Source: Eledone cirrhosa (lineage: Eukaryota). Taken from it: 64,000 nucleotides of DNA. The DNA is taken from positions 242,420,001 to 242,484,000 of the forward strand of contig OZ024743.1 in assembly GCA_964016885.1 (NCBI GenBank). Direction: 5' to 3'. Both the position numbers and the translations under genes were made by a program. Below, piece by piece: positions 1 to 19,000 of the stretch; the stretch's first letter is position 1, and each line of letters starts with the position of its first letter. The notes under the pieces were generated by a model that saw only the letters and a list, made by a program, of their open reading frames with translations, ran no database searches and had not been told where the DNA came from.

Positions 1-3000
1 TACACTCGCAACACATACACACAATGACATACACTAACATATACATGATACACTCGCAACACATAGACACAATGATATATACTAACATATACATGATACA
101 CTCACAACACATACACACAATCACATACACTAACATATACATGATACACTCGCAACACATACACACAATGATATACACTAACATATACATGATACACTCG
201 CAACACACACACAATGACAAACACTAACATATACATGATACACTCGCAACACATAGACACAATGATATACACTAACATATACATGATACACTCACAACAC
301 ATACACCCAATGACATACACTAACATATACATGATACACTCGCAACACATACACACAATGATATACACTAACATATACATGATACACTCGCAACACACAC
401 ACAATGACATACACTAACATATACATGATACACTCGCAACACATACACAATGATATACACTAACATATACATGATACACTCGCAACACATACACACAATG
501 ATATACACTAACATATACATGATACACTCGCAACACATACACACAATGACATACACTAACATATACATGATACACTCGCAACACATACACACAATGACAT
601 ACACTAACATATACATGATACACTCGCAACACATACACACAATGACATACACTAACATATACATGATACACTCGCAACACATACACACAATGACATACAC
701 TAACATATACATGATACACTCGCAACACATACACACAATGACATACACTAACATATACATGATACACTCGCAACACATAGACACAATGATATATACTAAC
801 ATATACATGATACAGTCACAACACATACACACAATGACATACACTAACATATACATGATAGACTCGCAACACATACACACAATGATATATACTAACATAT
901 ACATGATACACTCGCAACACATACACAATGATATACACTAACATATAAATGATACACTCACAACATACACACAATGATATACACTAACATATACATGATA
1001 CACTCGCAACACATACACAATGATATACACTAACATATACATGATACACTGGCAACACATACACACAATGACATACACTAACATATACATGATACACTCG
1101 CAACACATACACACAATGATATACACTAACATATACATGATACACTCGCAACACACACACAATGACAAACACTAACATATACATGATACACTCGCAACAC
1201 ATAGACACAATGATATACACTAACATATACATGATACACTCACAACACATACACACAATGACATACACTAACATATACATGATACACTCGCAACACATAC
1301 ACACAATGATATACACTAATATATACATGATACACTCGCAACACATAGACACAATGATATACACTAACATATACATGATACACTCACAACACATACACAC
1401 ATTGACATACACTAACATATACATGATACACTCGCAACACATACACACAATGATATACACTAACATATACATGATACACTCGCAACACATACACACAATG
1501 ATATACACTAACATATACATGATACACTCGCAACACATACACACAATGACAAACACTAACATATACATGATACACTCGCAACACATAGACACAATGATAT
1601 ACACTAACATATACAAGATACACTCGCAACACATACACAATGATATACACTAACATATATATGATACACTCACAACACATACACACAATGACAGACACTA
1701 ACATATACATGATACACTCGCAACACATACACACAATGATATACACTAACATATACATGATACACTCGCAACACACACACAATGACATACACTAACATAT
1801 ACATGATACACTCGCAACACATACGCAATGATATACACTAACATATACATGATACACTCGCAACACATACACACAATGATATACACTAACATATACATGA
1901 TACACTCGCAACACATACACACAATGACATACACTAACATATACAAGATACACTCGCAACACATACACACAATGACATACACTAACATATACATGATACA
2001 CTCGCAGCACATACACACAATGACATACACTAACATATACATGATACACTCGCAACACATACACACAATGACATACACTAACATATACATGATACACTCG
2101 CAACACATACACACAATGACATACACTAACATATATATGATACACTCGCAACACATACACACAATGATATACACTAACATATACAAGATACACTCGCAAC
2201 ACATACACAATGATATACACTAACATATATATGATACACTCGCAACACATACACACAATGATATATACTAACATATACATGATACACACGCAACACACAC
2301 ACAATGACAAACACTAACATATACATGATACACTCGCAACACATAGACACAATGATATACACTAACATATACATGATACACTCGCAACACATACACACAA
2401 TGATATACACTAACATATACATGATACACTCGCAACACATACACACAATGACATACAATAACATATACATGATACACTCGCAACACATACACACAATGAC
2501 ATACACTAACATATACATGATACACTCGCAACACATACACACAATGACATACACTAACATATACATGATACACTCGCAACACATACACACAATGATATAC
2601 ACTAACATATACATGATACACTCGCAACACATACACACAATGACATACACTAACATATACAATGATATATACTAACATATACATGATACACTCGCAACAC
2701 ATACACAATGATATACACTAACATATACATGATACACTCACAACATACACACAATGATATACACTAACATATACATGATACACTCGCAACACATACACAA
2801 TGATATACACTAACATATACATGATACACTCACAACACATACACAAAATGATATACACTAACATATACATGATACACTCGCAACACATACACACAATAAC
2901 ATACACTAACATATACAAGATACACTCACAACACATACACACAATGACATACACTAACATATACATGATACACTCGCAACACATAGACACAATGATATAC

Positions 3001-4623
3001 ACTAAAATATACATGATACACTCGCAACACACACACAATGACATACACTAACATATACATGATACACTCGCAACACATAGACACAATGATATATACTAAC
3101 ATATACATGATACACTCACAACACATACACACAATCACATACACTAACATATACATGATACACTCGCAACACATACACACAATGATATACACTAACATAT
3201 ACATGATACACTCGCAACACACACACAATGACAAACACTAACATATACATGATACACTCGCAACACATAGACACAATGATATACACTAACATATACATGA
3301 TACACTCACAACACATACACCCAATGACATACACTAACATATACATGATACACTCGCAACACATACACACAATGATATACACTAACATATACATGATACA
3401 CTCGCAACACACACACAATGACATACACTAACATATACATGATACACTCGCAACACATACACAATGATATACACTAACATATACATGATACACTCGCAAC
3501 ACATACACACAATGATATACACTAACATATACATGATACACTCGCAACACATACACACAATGACATACACTAACATATACATGATACACTCGCAACACAT
3601 ACACACAATGACATACACTAACATATACATGATACACTCGCAACACATACACACAATGATATACACTAACATATACATGATACACTCGCAACACATACAC
3701 ACAATGACATAGACTAACATATACATGATACACTCGCAACACATACACACAATGACATACACTAACATATACAATGATATATACTAACATATACATGATA
3801 CACTCGCAACACATACACAATGATATACACTAACATATACATGATACACTCACAACATACACACAATGATATACACTAACATATACATGATACACTCGCA
3901 ACACATACACAATGATATACACTAACATATACATGATACACTCACAACACATACACAAAATGATATACACTAACATATACATGATACACTCGCAACACAT
4001 ACACACAATGACATACACTAACATATACAAGATACACTCACAACACATACACACAATGACATACACTAACATATACATGATACACTCGCAACACATACAC
4101 ACAATGATATACACTAAAATATACATGATACACTCGCAACACACACACAATGACATACACTAACATATACATGATACACTCGCAACACATACACACAATG
4201 ACATACACTAACATATACATGATACACTCGCAACACATAGACACAATGATATATAATAACATATACATGATACACTCACAACACATACACACAATCACAT
4301 ACACTAACATATACATGATACACTCGCAACACATACACACAATGATATACACTAACATATACATGATACACTCGCAACACACACACAATGACAAACACTA
4401 ACATATACATGATACACTCGCAACACATAGACACAATGATATACACTAACATATACATGATACACTCACAACACATACACACAATGACATACACTAACAT
4501 ATACATGATACACTCGCAACACATACACACAATGATTTACACTAACATATACATGATACACTCGCAACACACACACAATGACATACACTAACATATACAT
4601 GATACACTCGCAACACATACACA

Positions 4624-7600
4624 ATGATATACACTAACATATACATGATACACTCGCAACACATACACACAATGATATACACTAACATATACATGATACA
4701 CTCGCAACACATACACACAATGACATACACTAACATATACATGATACACTCGCAACACATAGACACAATGATATATACTAACATATACATGATACAGTCA
4801 CAACACATACACACAATGACATACACTAACATATACATGATACACTCGCAACACATACACACAATGATATATACTAACATATACATGATACACTCGCAAC
4901 ACATACACAATGATATACACTAACATATAAATGATACACTCACAACATACACACAATGATATACACTAACATATACATGATACACTCGCAACACATACAC
5001 AATGATATACACTAACATATACATGATACACTGGCAACACATACACACAATGACATACACTAACATATACATGATACACTCGCAACACATACACACAATG
5101 ATATACACTAACATATACATGATACACTCGCAACACACACACAATGACAAACACTAACATATACATGATACACTCGCAACACATAGACACAATGATATAC
5201 ACTAACATATACATGATACACTCACAACACATACACACAATGACATACACTAACATATACATGATACACTCGCAACACATACACACAATGATATACACTA
5301 ACATATACATGATACACTCGCAACACATACACACAATGATATACACTAACATATACATGATACACTCGCAACACATACACACAATGATATACACTAACAT
5401 ATACATGATACACTCGCAACACATAGACACAATGATATACACTAACATATACATGATACACTCACAACACATACACACAATGACATACACTAACATATAC
5501 ATGATACACTCGCAACACATACATACAATGATATAAACTAACATATACATGATACACTCGCAACACATACACACAATGATATACACTAACATATACATGA
5601 TACACTCGCAACACATACACACAATGACAAACACTAACATATACATGATACACTCGCAACACATAGACACAATGATATACACTAACATATATATGATACA
5701 CTCACAACACATACACACAATGACAGACACTAACATATACATGATACACTCGCAACACATACACACAATGATATACACTAACATATACATGATACACTCG
5801 CAACACACACACAATGACATACACTAACATATACATGATACACTCGCAACACATACGCAATGATATACACTAACATATACATGATACACTTGCAACACAT
5901 ACACACAATGATATACACTAACATATACATGATACACTCGCAACACATACACACAATGACATACACTAACATATACAAGATACACTCGCAACACATACAC
6001 ACAATGACATACACTAACATATACATGATACACTCGCAGCACATACACACAATGACATACACTAACATATACATGATACACTCGCAACACATACACACAA
6101 TGACATACACTAACATATACATGATACACTCGCAACACATACACACAATGACATACACTAACATATACATGATACACTCGCAACACATACACACAATGAT
6201 ATATACTAACATATACAAGATACACTCGCAACACATACACAATGATATACACTAACATATATATGATACACTCGCAACACATACACACAATGATATATAC
6301 TAACATATACATGATACACACGCAACACACACACAATGACAAACACTAACATATACATGATACACTCGCAACACATAGACACAATGATATACACTAACAT
6401 ATACATGATACACTCGCAACACATACACACAATGATATACACTAACATATACATGATACACTCGCAACACATATACACAATGACATACACTAACATATAC
6501 ATGATACACTCGCAACACATAGACACAATGATATATACTAACATATACATGATACAGTCACAACACATACACACAATGACATACACTAACATATACATGA
6601 TACACTCGCAACACATACACACAATGATATATACTAACATATACATGATACACTCGCAACACATACACAATGATATACACTAACATATAAATGATACACT
6701 CACAACATACACACAATGATATACACTAACATATACATGATACACTCGCAACACATACACAATGATATACACTAACATATACATGATACACTGGCAACAC
6801 ATACACACAATGACATACACTAACATATACATGATACACTCGCAACACATACACACAATGATATACACTAACATATACATGATACACTCGCAACACACAC
6901 ACAATGACAAACACTAACATATACATGATACACTCGCAACACATAGACACAATGATATACACTAACATATACATGATACACTCACAACACATACACACAA
7001 TGACATACACTAACATATACATGATACACTCGCAACACATACACACAATGATATACACTAACATATACATGATACACTCGCAACACATACACACAATGAT
7101 ATACACTAACATATACATGATACACTCGCAACACATACACACAATGATATACACTAACATATACATGATACACTCGCAACACATAGACACAATGATATAC
7201 ACTAACATATACATGATACACTCACAACACATACACACAATGACATACACTAACATATACATGATACACTCGCAACACATACACACAATGATATACACTA
7301 ACATATACATGATACACTCGCAACACATACACACAATGATATACACTAACATATACATGATACACTCGCAACACATACACACAATGACAAACACTAACAT
7401 ATACATGATACACTCGCAACACATAGACACAATGATATACACTAACATATATATGATACACTCACAACACATACACACAATGACAGACACTAACATATAC
7501 ATGATACACTCGCAACACATACACACAATGATATACACTAACATATACATGATACACTCGCAACACACACACAATGACATACACTAACATATACATGATA

Positions 7601-8239
7601 CACTCGCAACACATACGCAATGATATACACTAACATATACATGATACACTTGCAACACATACACACAATGATATACACTAACATATACATGATACACTCG
7701 CAACACATACACACAATGACATACACTAACATATACAAGATACACTCGCAACACATACACACAATGACATACACTAACATATACATGATACACTCGCAGC
7801 ACATACACACAATGACATACACTAACATATACATGATACACTCGCAACACATACACACAATGACATACACTAACATATACATGATACACTCGCAACACAT
7901 ACACACAATGACATACACTAACATATACATGATACACTCGCAACACATACACACAATGATATACACTAACATATACAAGATACACTCGCAACACATACAC
8001 AATGATATACACTAACATATATATGATACACTCGCAACACATACACACAATGATATATACTAACATATACATGATACACACGCAACACACACACAATGAC
8101 AAACACTAACATATACATGATACACTCGCAACACATAGACACAATGATATACACTAACATATACATGATACACTCGCAACACATACACACAATGATATAC
8201 ACTAACATATACATGATACACTCGCAACACATACACACA
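4624..8239 (+). repeat. Higher-order tandem duplication, period 1760 bp (about 2 copies)
   Basis: ORF pairs 4920/6680, 5144/6904, 5860/7620 and 6336/8096 are all offset by 1760. Shared rare variants include CTTGC (5891/7651), ACATACGCA (about 5857/7617) and GCAGCAC (about 6039/7799). Confidence 0.9.
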
Positions 8240-10029
8240 ATGACATACACTAACATATACATGATACACTCGCAACACATACACACAATGACATACACTA
8301 ACATATACATGATACACTCGCAACACATACACACAATGACATACACTAACATATACATGATACACTCGCAACACATACACACAATGATATACACTAACAT
8401 ATACATGATACACTCGCAACACATACACACAATGACATAGACTAACATATACATGATACACTCGCAACACATACACACAATGACATACACTAACATATAC
8501 AATGATATATACTAACATATACATGATACACTCGCAACACATACACAATGATATACACTAACATATACATGATACACTCACAACATACACACAATGATAT
8601 ACACTAACATATACATGATACACTCGCAACACATACACAATGATATACACTAACATATACATGATACACTCACAACATACACACAATGATATACACTAAC
8701 ATATACATGATACACTCACAACACATACACCCAATGACATACACTAACATATACATGATACACTCGCAACACATACACACAATGATATACACTAACATAT
8801 ACATGATACACTCGCAACACACACACAATGACATACACTAACATATACATGATACACTCGCAACACATACACAATGATATACACTAACATATACATGATA
8901 CACTCGCAACACATACACACAATGATATACACTAACATATACATGATACACTCGCAACACATACACACAATGACATACACTAACATATACATGATACACT
9001 CGCAACACATAGACACAATGATATATACTAACATATACATGATACAGTCACAACACATACACACAATGACATACACTAACATATACATGATACACTCGCA
9101 ACACATACACACAATGATATATACTAACATATACATGATACACTCGCAACACATACACAATGATATACACTAACATATAAATGATACACTCACAACATAC
9201 ACACAATGATATACACTAACATATACATGATACACTCGCAACACATACACAATGATATACACTAACATATACATGATACACTGGCAACACATACACACAA
9301 TGACATACACTAACATATACATGATACACTCGCAACACATACACACAATGATATACACTAACATATACATGATACACTCGCAACACACACACAATGACAA
9401 ACACTAACATATACATGATACACTCGCAACACATAGACACAATGATATACACTAACATATACATGATACACTCACAACACATACACACAATGACATACAC
9501 TAACATATACATGATACACTCGCAACACATACACACAATGATATACACTAACATATACATGATACACTCGCAACACATACACACAATGATATACACTAAC
9601 ATATACATGATACACTCGCAACACATACACACAATGATATACACTAACATATACATGATACACTCGCAACACATACACACAATGATATACACTAACATAT
9701 ACATGATACACTCACAACACATACACACAATGACATACACTAACATATACATGATACACTCGCAACACATACACACAATGACATACACTAACATATACAT
9801 GATACACTCGCAACACATACACACAATGATATATACTAATATATACATGATACACTCGCAACACATACACAATGATATACACTAACATATACAAGATACA
9901 CTCGCAACACATACACAATGATATACACTAACATATACATGATACACTCGCAACACATACACACAATGACATACACTAACATATACATGATACACTCGCA
10001 ACACATACACACAATGACATACACTAACA

Positions 10030-13000
10030 TATACATGATACACTCGCAACACATACACACAATGATATATACTAACATATACATGATACACACGCAACAC
10101 ATAGACACAATGATATACACTAACATATACAAGATACACTCGCAACACATACACAATGATATACACTAACATATACATGATACACTCACAACATACACAC
10201 AATGATATACACTAACATATACATGATACACTCGCAACACATACACAATGATATACACTAACATATACATGATACACTCACAACACATACACACAATGAC
10301 ATACACTAACATATACATGATACACTCGCAACACATACACACAATGATATACACTAACATATACAAGATACACTTGCAACACATACACAATGATATACAC
10401 TAACATATATATGATACACTCGCAACACATACACACAATGATATATACTAACATATACATGATACACACGCAACACACACACAATGACAAACACTAACAT
10501 ATACATGATACACTCGCAACACATAGACACAATGATATACACTAACATATACATGATACACTCGCAACACATACACACAATGATATACACTAACATATAC
10601 ATGATACACTCGCAACACATACACACAATGACATACACTAACATATACATGATACACTCGCAACACATACACACAATGACATACACTAACATATACATGA
10701 TACACTCGCAACACATACACACAATGACATACACTAACATATACATGATACACTCGCAACACATACACACAATGATATACACTAACATATACATGATACA
10801 CTCGCAACACATACACACAATGACATAGACTAACATATACATGATACACTCGCAACACATACACACAATGACATACACTAACATATACAATGATATATAC
10901 TAACATATACATGATACACTCGCAACACATACACAATGATATACACTAACATATACATGATACACTCACAACATACACACAATGATATACACTAACATAT
11001 ACATGATACACTCGCAACACATACACAATGATATACACTAACATATACATGATACACTCACAACACATACACAAAATGATATACACTAACATATACATGA
11101 TACACTCGCAACACATACACACAATGACATACACTAACATATACAAGATACACTCACAACACATACACACAATGACATACACTAACATATACATGATACA
11201 CTCGCAACACATACACACAATGATATACACTAAAATATACATGATACACTCGCAACACACACACAATGACATACACTAACATATACATGATACACTCGCA
11301 ACACATACACACAATGACATACACTAACATATACATGATACACTCGCAACACATAGACACAATGATATATACTAACATATACATGATACACTCACAACAC
11401 ATACACACAATCACATACACTAACATATACATGATACACTCGCAACACATACACACAATGGTATACACTAACATATACATGATACACTCGCAACACACAC
11501 ACAATGACAAACACTAACATATACATGATACACTCGCAACACATAGACACAATGATATACACTAACATATACATGATACACTCACAACACATACACCCAA
11601 TGACATACACTAACATATACATGATACACTCGCAACACATACACACAATGATATACACTAACATATACATGATACACTCGCAACACACACACAATGACAT
11701 ACACTAACATATACATGATACACTCGCAACACATACACAATGATATACACTAACATATACATGATACACTCGCAACACATACACACAATGATATACACTA
11801 ACATATACATGATACACTCGCAACACATACACACAATGACATACACTAACATATACATGATACACTCGCAACACATAGACACAATGATATATACTAACCT
11901 ATACATGATACAGTCACAACACATACACACAATGACATACACTAACATATACATGATACACTCGCAACACATACACACAATGATATATACTAACATATAC
12001 ATGATACACTCGCAACACATACACAATGATATACACTAACATATACATGATACACTGGCAACACATACACACAATGACATACACTAACATATACATGATA
12101 CACTCGCAACACATACACACAATGATATACACTAACATATACATGATACACTCGCAACACACACACAATGACAAACACTAACATATACATGATACACTCG
12201 CAACACATAGACACAATGATATACACTAACATATACATGATACACTCACAACACATACACACAATGACATACACTAACATATACATGATACACTCGCAAC
12301 ACATACACACAATGATATACACTAACATATACATGATACACTCGCAACACATACACACAATGATATACACTAACATATACATGATACACTCGCAACACAT
12401 ACACACAATGATATACACTAACATATACATGATACACTCGCAACACATACACACAATGATATACACTAACATATACATGATACACTCACAACACATACAC
12501 ACAATGACATACACTAACATATACATGATACACTCGCAACACATACACACAATGACATACACTAACATATACATGATACACTCGCAACACATACACACAA
12601 TGATATATACTAATATATACATGATACACTCGCAACACATACACAATGATATACACTAACATATACATGATACACTCGCAACACATACACACAATGATAT
12701 ATACTAACATATACATGATACACACGCAACACATAGACACAATGATATACACTAACATATACAAGATACACTCGCAACACATACACAATGATATACACTA
12801 ACATATACATGATACACTCACAACATACACACAATGATATACACTAACATATACATGATACACTCGCAACACATACACAATGATATACACTAACATATAC
12901 ATGATACACTCACAACACATACACACAATGACATACACTAACATATACATGATACACTCGCAACACATACACACAATGATATACACTAACATATACAAGA

Positions 13001-16000
13001 TACACTTGCAACACATACACAATGATATACACTAACATATATATGATACACTCGCAACACATACACACAATGATATATACTAACATATACATGATACACA
13101 CGCAACACACACACAATGACAAACACTAACATATACATGATACACTCGCAACACATAGACACAATGATATACACTAACATATACATGATACACTCGCAAC
13201 ACATACACACAATGATATACACTAACATATACATGATACACTCGCAACACATACACACAATGACATACACTAACATATACATGATACACTCGCAACACAT
13301 ACACACAATGACATACACTAACATATACATGATACACTCGCAACACATACACACAATGACATACACTAACATATACATGATACACTCGCAACACATACAC
13401 ACAATGATATACACTAACATATACATGATACACTCGCAACACATACACACAATGACATAGACTAACATATACATGATACACTCGCAACACATACACACAA
13501 TGACATACACTAACATATACAATGATATATACTAACATATACATGATACACTCGCAACACATACACAATGATATACACTAACATATACATGATACACTCA
13601 CAACATACACACAATGATATACACTAACATATACATGATACACTCGCAACACATACACAATGATATACACTAACATATACATGATACACTCACAACACAT
13701 ACACAAAATGATATACACTAACATATACATGATACACTCGCAACACATACACACAATGACATACACTAACATATACAAGATACACTCACAACACATACAC
13801 ACAATGACATACACTAACATATACATGATACACTCGCAACACATACACACAATGATATACACTAAAATATACATGATACACTCGCAACACACACACAATG
13901 ACATACACTAACATATACATGATACACTCGCAACACATACACACAATGACATACACTAACATATACATGATACACTCGCAACACATAGACACAATGATAT
14001 ATACTAACATATACATGATACACTCACAACACATACACACAATCACATACACTAACATATACATGATACACTCGCAACACATACACACAATGGTATACAC
14101 TAACATATACATGATACACTCGCAACACACACACAATGACAAACACTAACATATACATGATACACTCGCAACACATAGACACAATGATATACACTAACAT
14201 ATACATGATACACTCACAACACATACACCCAATGACATACACTAACATATACATGATACACTCGCAACACATACACACAATGATATACACTAACATATAC
14301 ATGATACACTCGCAACACACACACAATGACATACACTAACATATACATGATACACTCGCAACACATACACAATGATATACACTAACATATACATGATACA
14401 CTCGCAACACATACACACAATGATATACACTAACATATACATGATACACTCGCAACACATACACACAATGACATACACTAACATATACATGATACACTCG
14501 CAACACATAGACACAATGATATATACTAACCTATACATGATACAGTCACAACACATACACACAATGACATACACTAACATATACATGATACACTCGCAAC
14601 ACATACACACAATGATATATACTAACATATACATGATACACTCGCAACACATACACAATGATATACACTAACATATAAATGATACACTCACAACATACAC
14701 ACAATGATATACACTAACATATACATGATACACTCGCAACACATACACAATGATATACACTAACATATACATGATACACTGGCAACACATACACACAATG
14801 ACATACACTAACATATACATGATACACTCACAACACATACACACAATGACATACACTAACATATACATGATACACTCGCAACACATACACACAATGACAT
14901 ACACTAACATATACATGATACACTCGCAACACATACACACAATGATATATACTAACATATACATGATACACTCGCAACACATACACACAATGATATACAC
15001 TAACATATACATGATACACTCGCAACACATACACACAATGATATACACTAACATATACATGATACACTCGCAACACATACACACAATGATATACACTAAC
15101 ATATACATGATACACTCACAACACATACACACAATGACATACACTAACATATACATGATACACTCGCAACACATACACACAATGACATACACTAACATAT
15201 ACATGATACACTCGCAACACATACACACAATGATATATACTAATATATACATGATACACTCGCAACACATACACAATGATATACACTAACATATACATGA
15301 TACACTCGCAACACATACACACAATGATATATACTAACATATACATGATACACACGCAACACATAGACACAATGATATACACTAACATATACAAGATACA
15401 CTCGCAACACATACACAATGATATACACTAACATATACATGATACACTCACAACATACACACAATGATATACACTAACATATACATGATACACTCGCAAC
15501 ACATACACAATGATATACACTAACATATACATGATACACTCACAACACATACACACAATGACATACACTAACATATACATGATACACTCGCAACACATAC
15601 ACACAATGATATACACTAACATATACAAGATACACTTGCAACACATACACAATGATATACACTAACATATATATGATACACTCGCAACACATACACACAA
15701 TGATATATACTAACATATACATGATACACACGCAACACACACACAATGACAAACACTAACATATACATGATACACTCGCAACACATAGACACAATGATAT
15801 ACACTAACATATACATGATACACTCGCAACACATACACACAATGATATACACTAACATATACATGATACACTCGCAACACATACACACAATGACATACAC
15901 TAACATATACATGATACACTCGCAACACATACACACAATGACATACACTAACATATACATGATACACTCGCAACACATACACACAATGACATACACTAAC

Positions 16001-19000
16001 ATATACATGATACACTCGCAACACATACACACAATGATATACACTAACATATACATGATACACTCGCAACACATACACACAATGACATAGACTAACATAT
16101 ACATGATACACTCGCAACACATACACACAATGACATACACTAACATATACAATGATATATACTAACATATACATGATACACTCGCAACACATACACAATG
16201 ATATACACTAACATATACATGATACACTCACAACATACACACAATGATATACACTAACATATACATGATACACTCGCAACACATACACAATGATATACAC
16301 TAACATATACATGATACACTCACAACACATACACAAAATGATATACACTAACATATACATGATACACTCGCAACACATACACACAATGACATACACTAAC
16401 ATATACAAGATACACTCACAACACATACACACAATGACATACACTAACATATACATGATACACTCGCAACACATACACACAATGATATACACTAAAATAT
16501 ACATGATACACTCGCAACACACACACAATGACATACACTAACATATACATGATACACTCGCAACACATACACACAATGACATACACTAACATATACATGA
16601 TACACTCGCAACACATAGACACAATGATATATACTAACATATACATGATACACTCACAACACATACACACAATCACATACACTAACATATACATGATACA
16701 CTCGCAACACATACACACAATGGTATACACTAACATATACATGATACACTCGCAACACACACACAATGACAAACACTAACATATACATGATACACTCGCA
16801 ACACATAGACACAATGATATACACTAACATATACATGATACACTCACAACACATACACCCAATGACATACACTAACATATACATGATACACTCGCAACAC
16901 ATACACACAATGATATACACTAACATATACATGATACACTCGCAACACACACACAATGACATACACTAACATATACATGATACACTCGCAACACATACAC
17001 AATGATATACACTAACATATACATGATACACTCGCAACACATACACACAATGATATACACTAACATATACATGATACACTCGCAACACATACACACAATG
17101 ACATACACTAACATATACATGATACACTCGCAACACATAGACACAATGATATATACTAACCTATACATGATACAGTCACAACACATACACACAATGACAT
17201 ACACTAACATATACATGATACACTCGCAACACATACACACAATGATATATACTAACATATACATGATACACTCGCAACACATACACAATGATATACACTA
17301 ACATATAAATGATACACTCACAACATACACACAATGATATACACTAACATATACATGATACACTCGCAACACATACACAATGATATACACTAACATATAC
17401 ATGATACACTGGCAACACATACACACAATGACATACACTAACATATACATGATACACTCACAACACATACACACAATGACATACACTAACATATACATGA
17501 TACACTCGCAACACATACACACAATGACATACACTAACATATACATGATACACTCGCAACACATACACACAATGATATACACTAACATATACATGATACA
17601 CTCGCAACACACACACAATGACAAACACTAACATATACATGATACACTCGCAACACATAGACACAATGATATACACTAACATATACATGATACACTCACA
17701 ACACATACACACAATGACATACACTAACATATACATGATACACTCGCAACACATACACACAATGATATACACTAACATATACATGATACACTCGCAACAC
17801 ATACACACAATGATATACACTAACATATACATGATACACTCGCAACACATACACACAATGATATACACTAACATATACATGATACACTCGCAACACATAC
17901 ACACAATGATATACACTAACATATACATGATACACTCACAACACATACACACAATGACATACACTAACATATACATGATACACTCGCAACACATACACAC
18001 AATGACATACACTAACATATACATGATACACTCGCAACACATACACACAATGATATATACTAATATATACATGATACACTCGCAACACATACACAATGAT
18101 ATACACTAACATATACATGATACACTCGCAACACATACACACAATGATATATACTAACATATACATGATACACACGCAACACATAGACACAATGATATAC
18201 ACTAACATATACAAGATACACTCGCAACACATACACAATGATATACACTAACATATACATGATACACTCACAACATACACACAATGATATACACTAACAT
18301 ATACATGATACACTCGCAACACATACACAATGATATACACTAACATATACATGATACACTCACAACACATACACACAATGACATACACTAACATATACAT
18401 GATACACTCGCAACACATACACACAATGATATACACTAACATATACAAGATACACTTGCAACACATACACAATGATATACACTAACATATATATGATACA
18501 CTCGCAACACATACACACAATGATATATACTAACATATACATGATACACACGCAACACACACACAATGACAAACACTAACATATACATGATACACTCGCA
18601 ACACATAGACACAATGATATACACTAACATATACATGATACACTCGCAACACATACACACAATGATATACACTAACATATACATGATACACTCGCAACAC
18701 ATACACACAATGACATACACTAACATATACATGATACACTCGCAACACATACACACAATGACATACACTAACATATACATGATACACTCGCAACACATAC
18801 ACACAATGACATACACTAACATATACATGATACACTCGCAACACATACACACAATGATATACACTAACATATACATGATACACTCGCAACACATACACAC
18901 AATGACATAGACTAACATATACATGATACACTCGCAACACATACACACAATGACATACACTAACATATACAATGATATATACTAACATATACATGATACA

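Noticed and set aside
944-952. TATAAA (TATA-box-like) motifs in the TATAAATG and TATAAAAG variants
   Set aside because: These are single-base variants of TATACATG propagated by duplication. No downstream gene or other promoter evidence exists.
4966-5820. Metallothionein-like or zinc-finger protein suggested by the CxCCxC motif on the minus strand
   Set aside because: Cys, Val, Tyr and Met richness is the automatic result of translating TG/TA-rich repeat DNA, and the motif recurs every 16 codons throughout the array.
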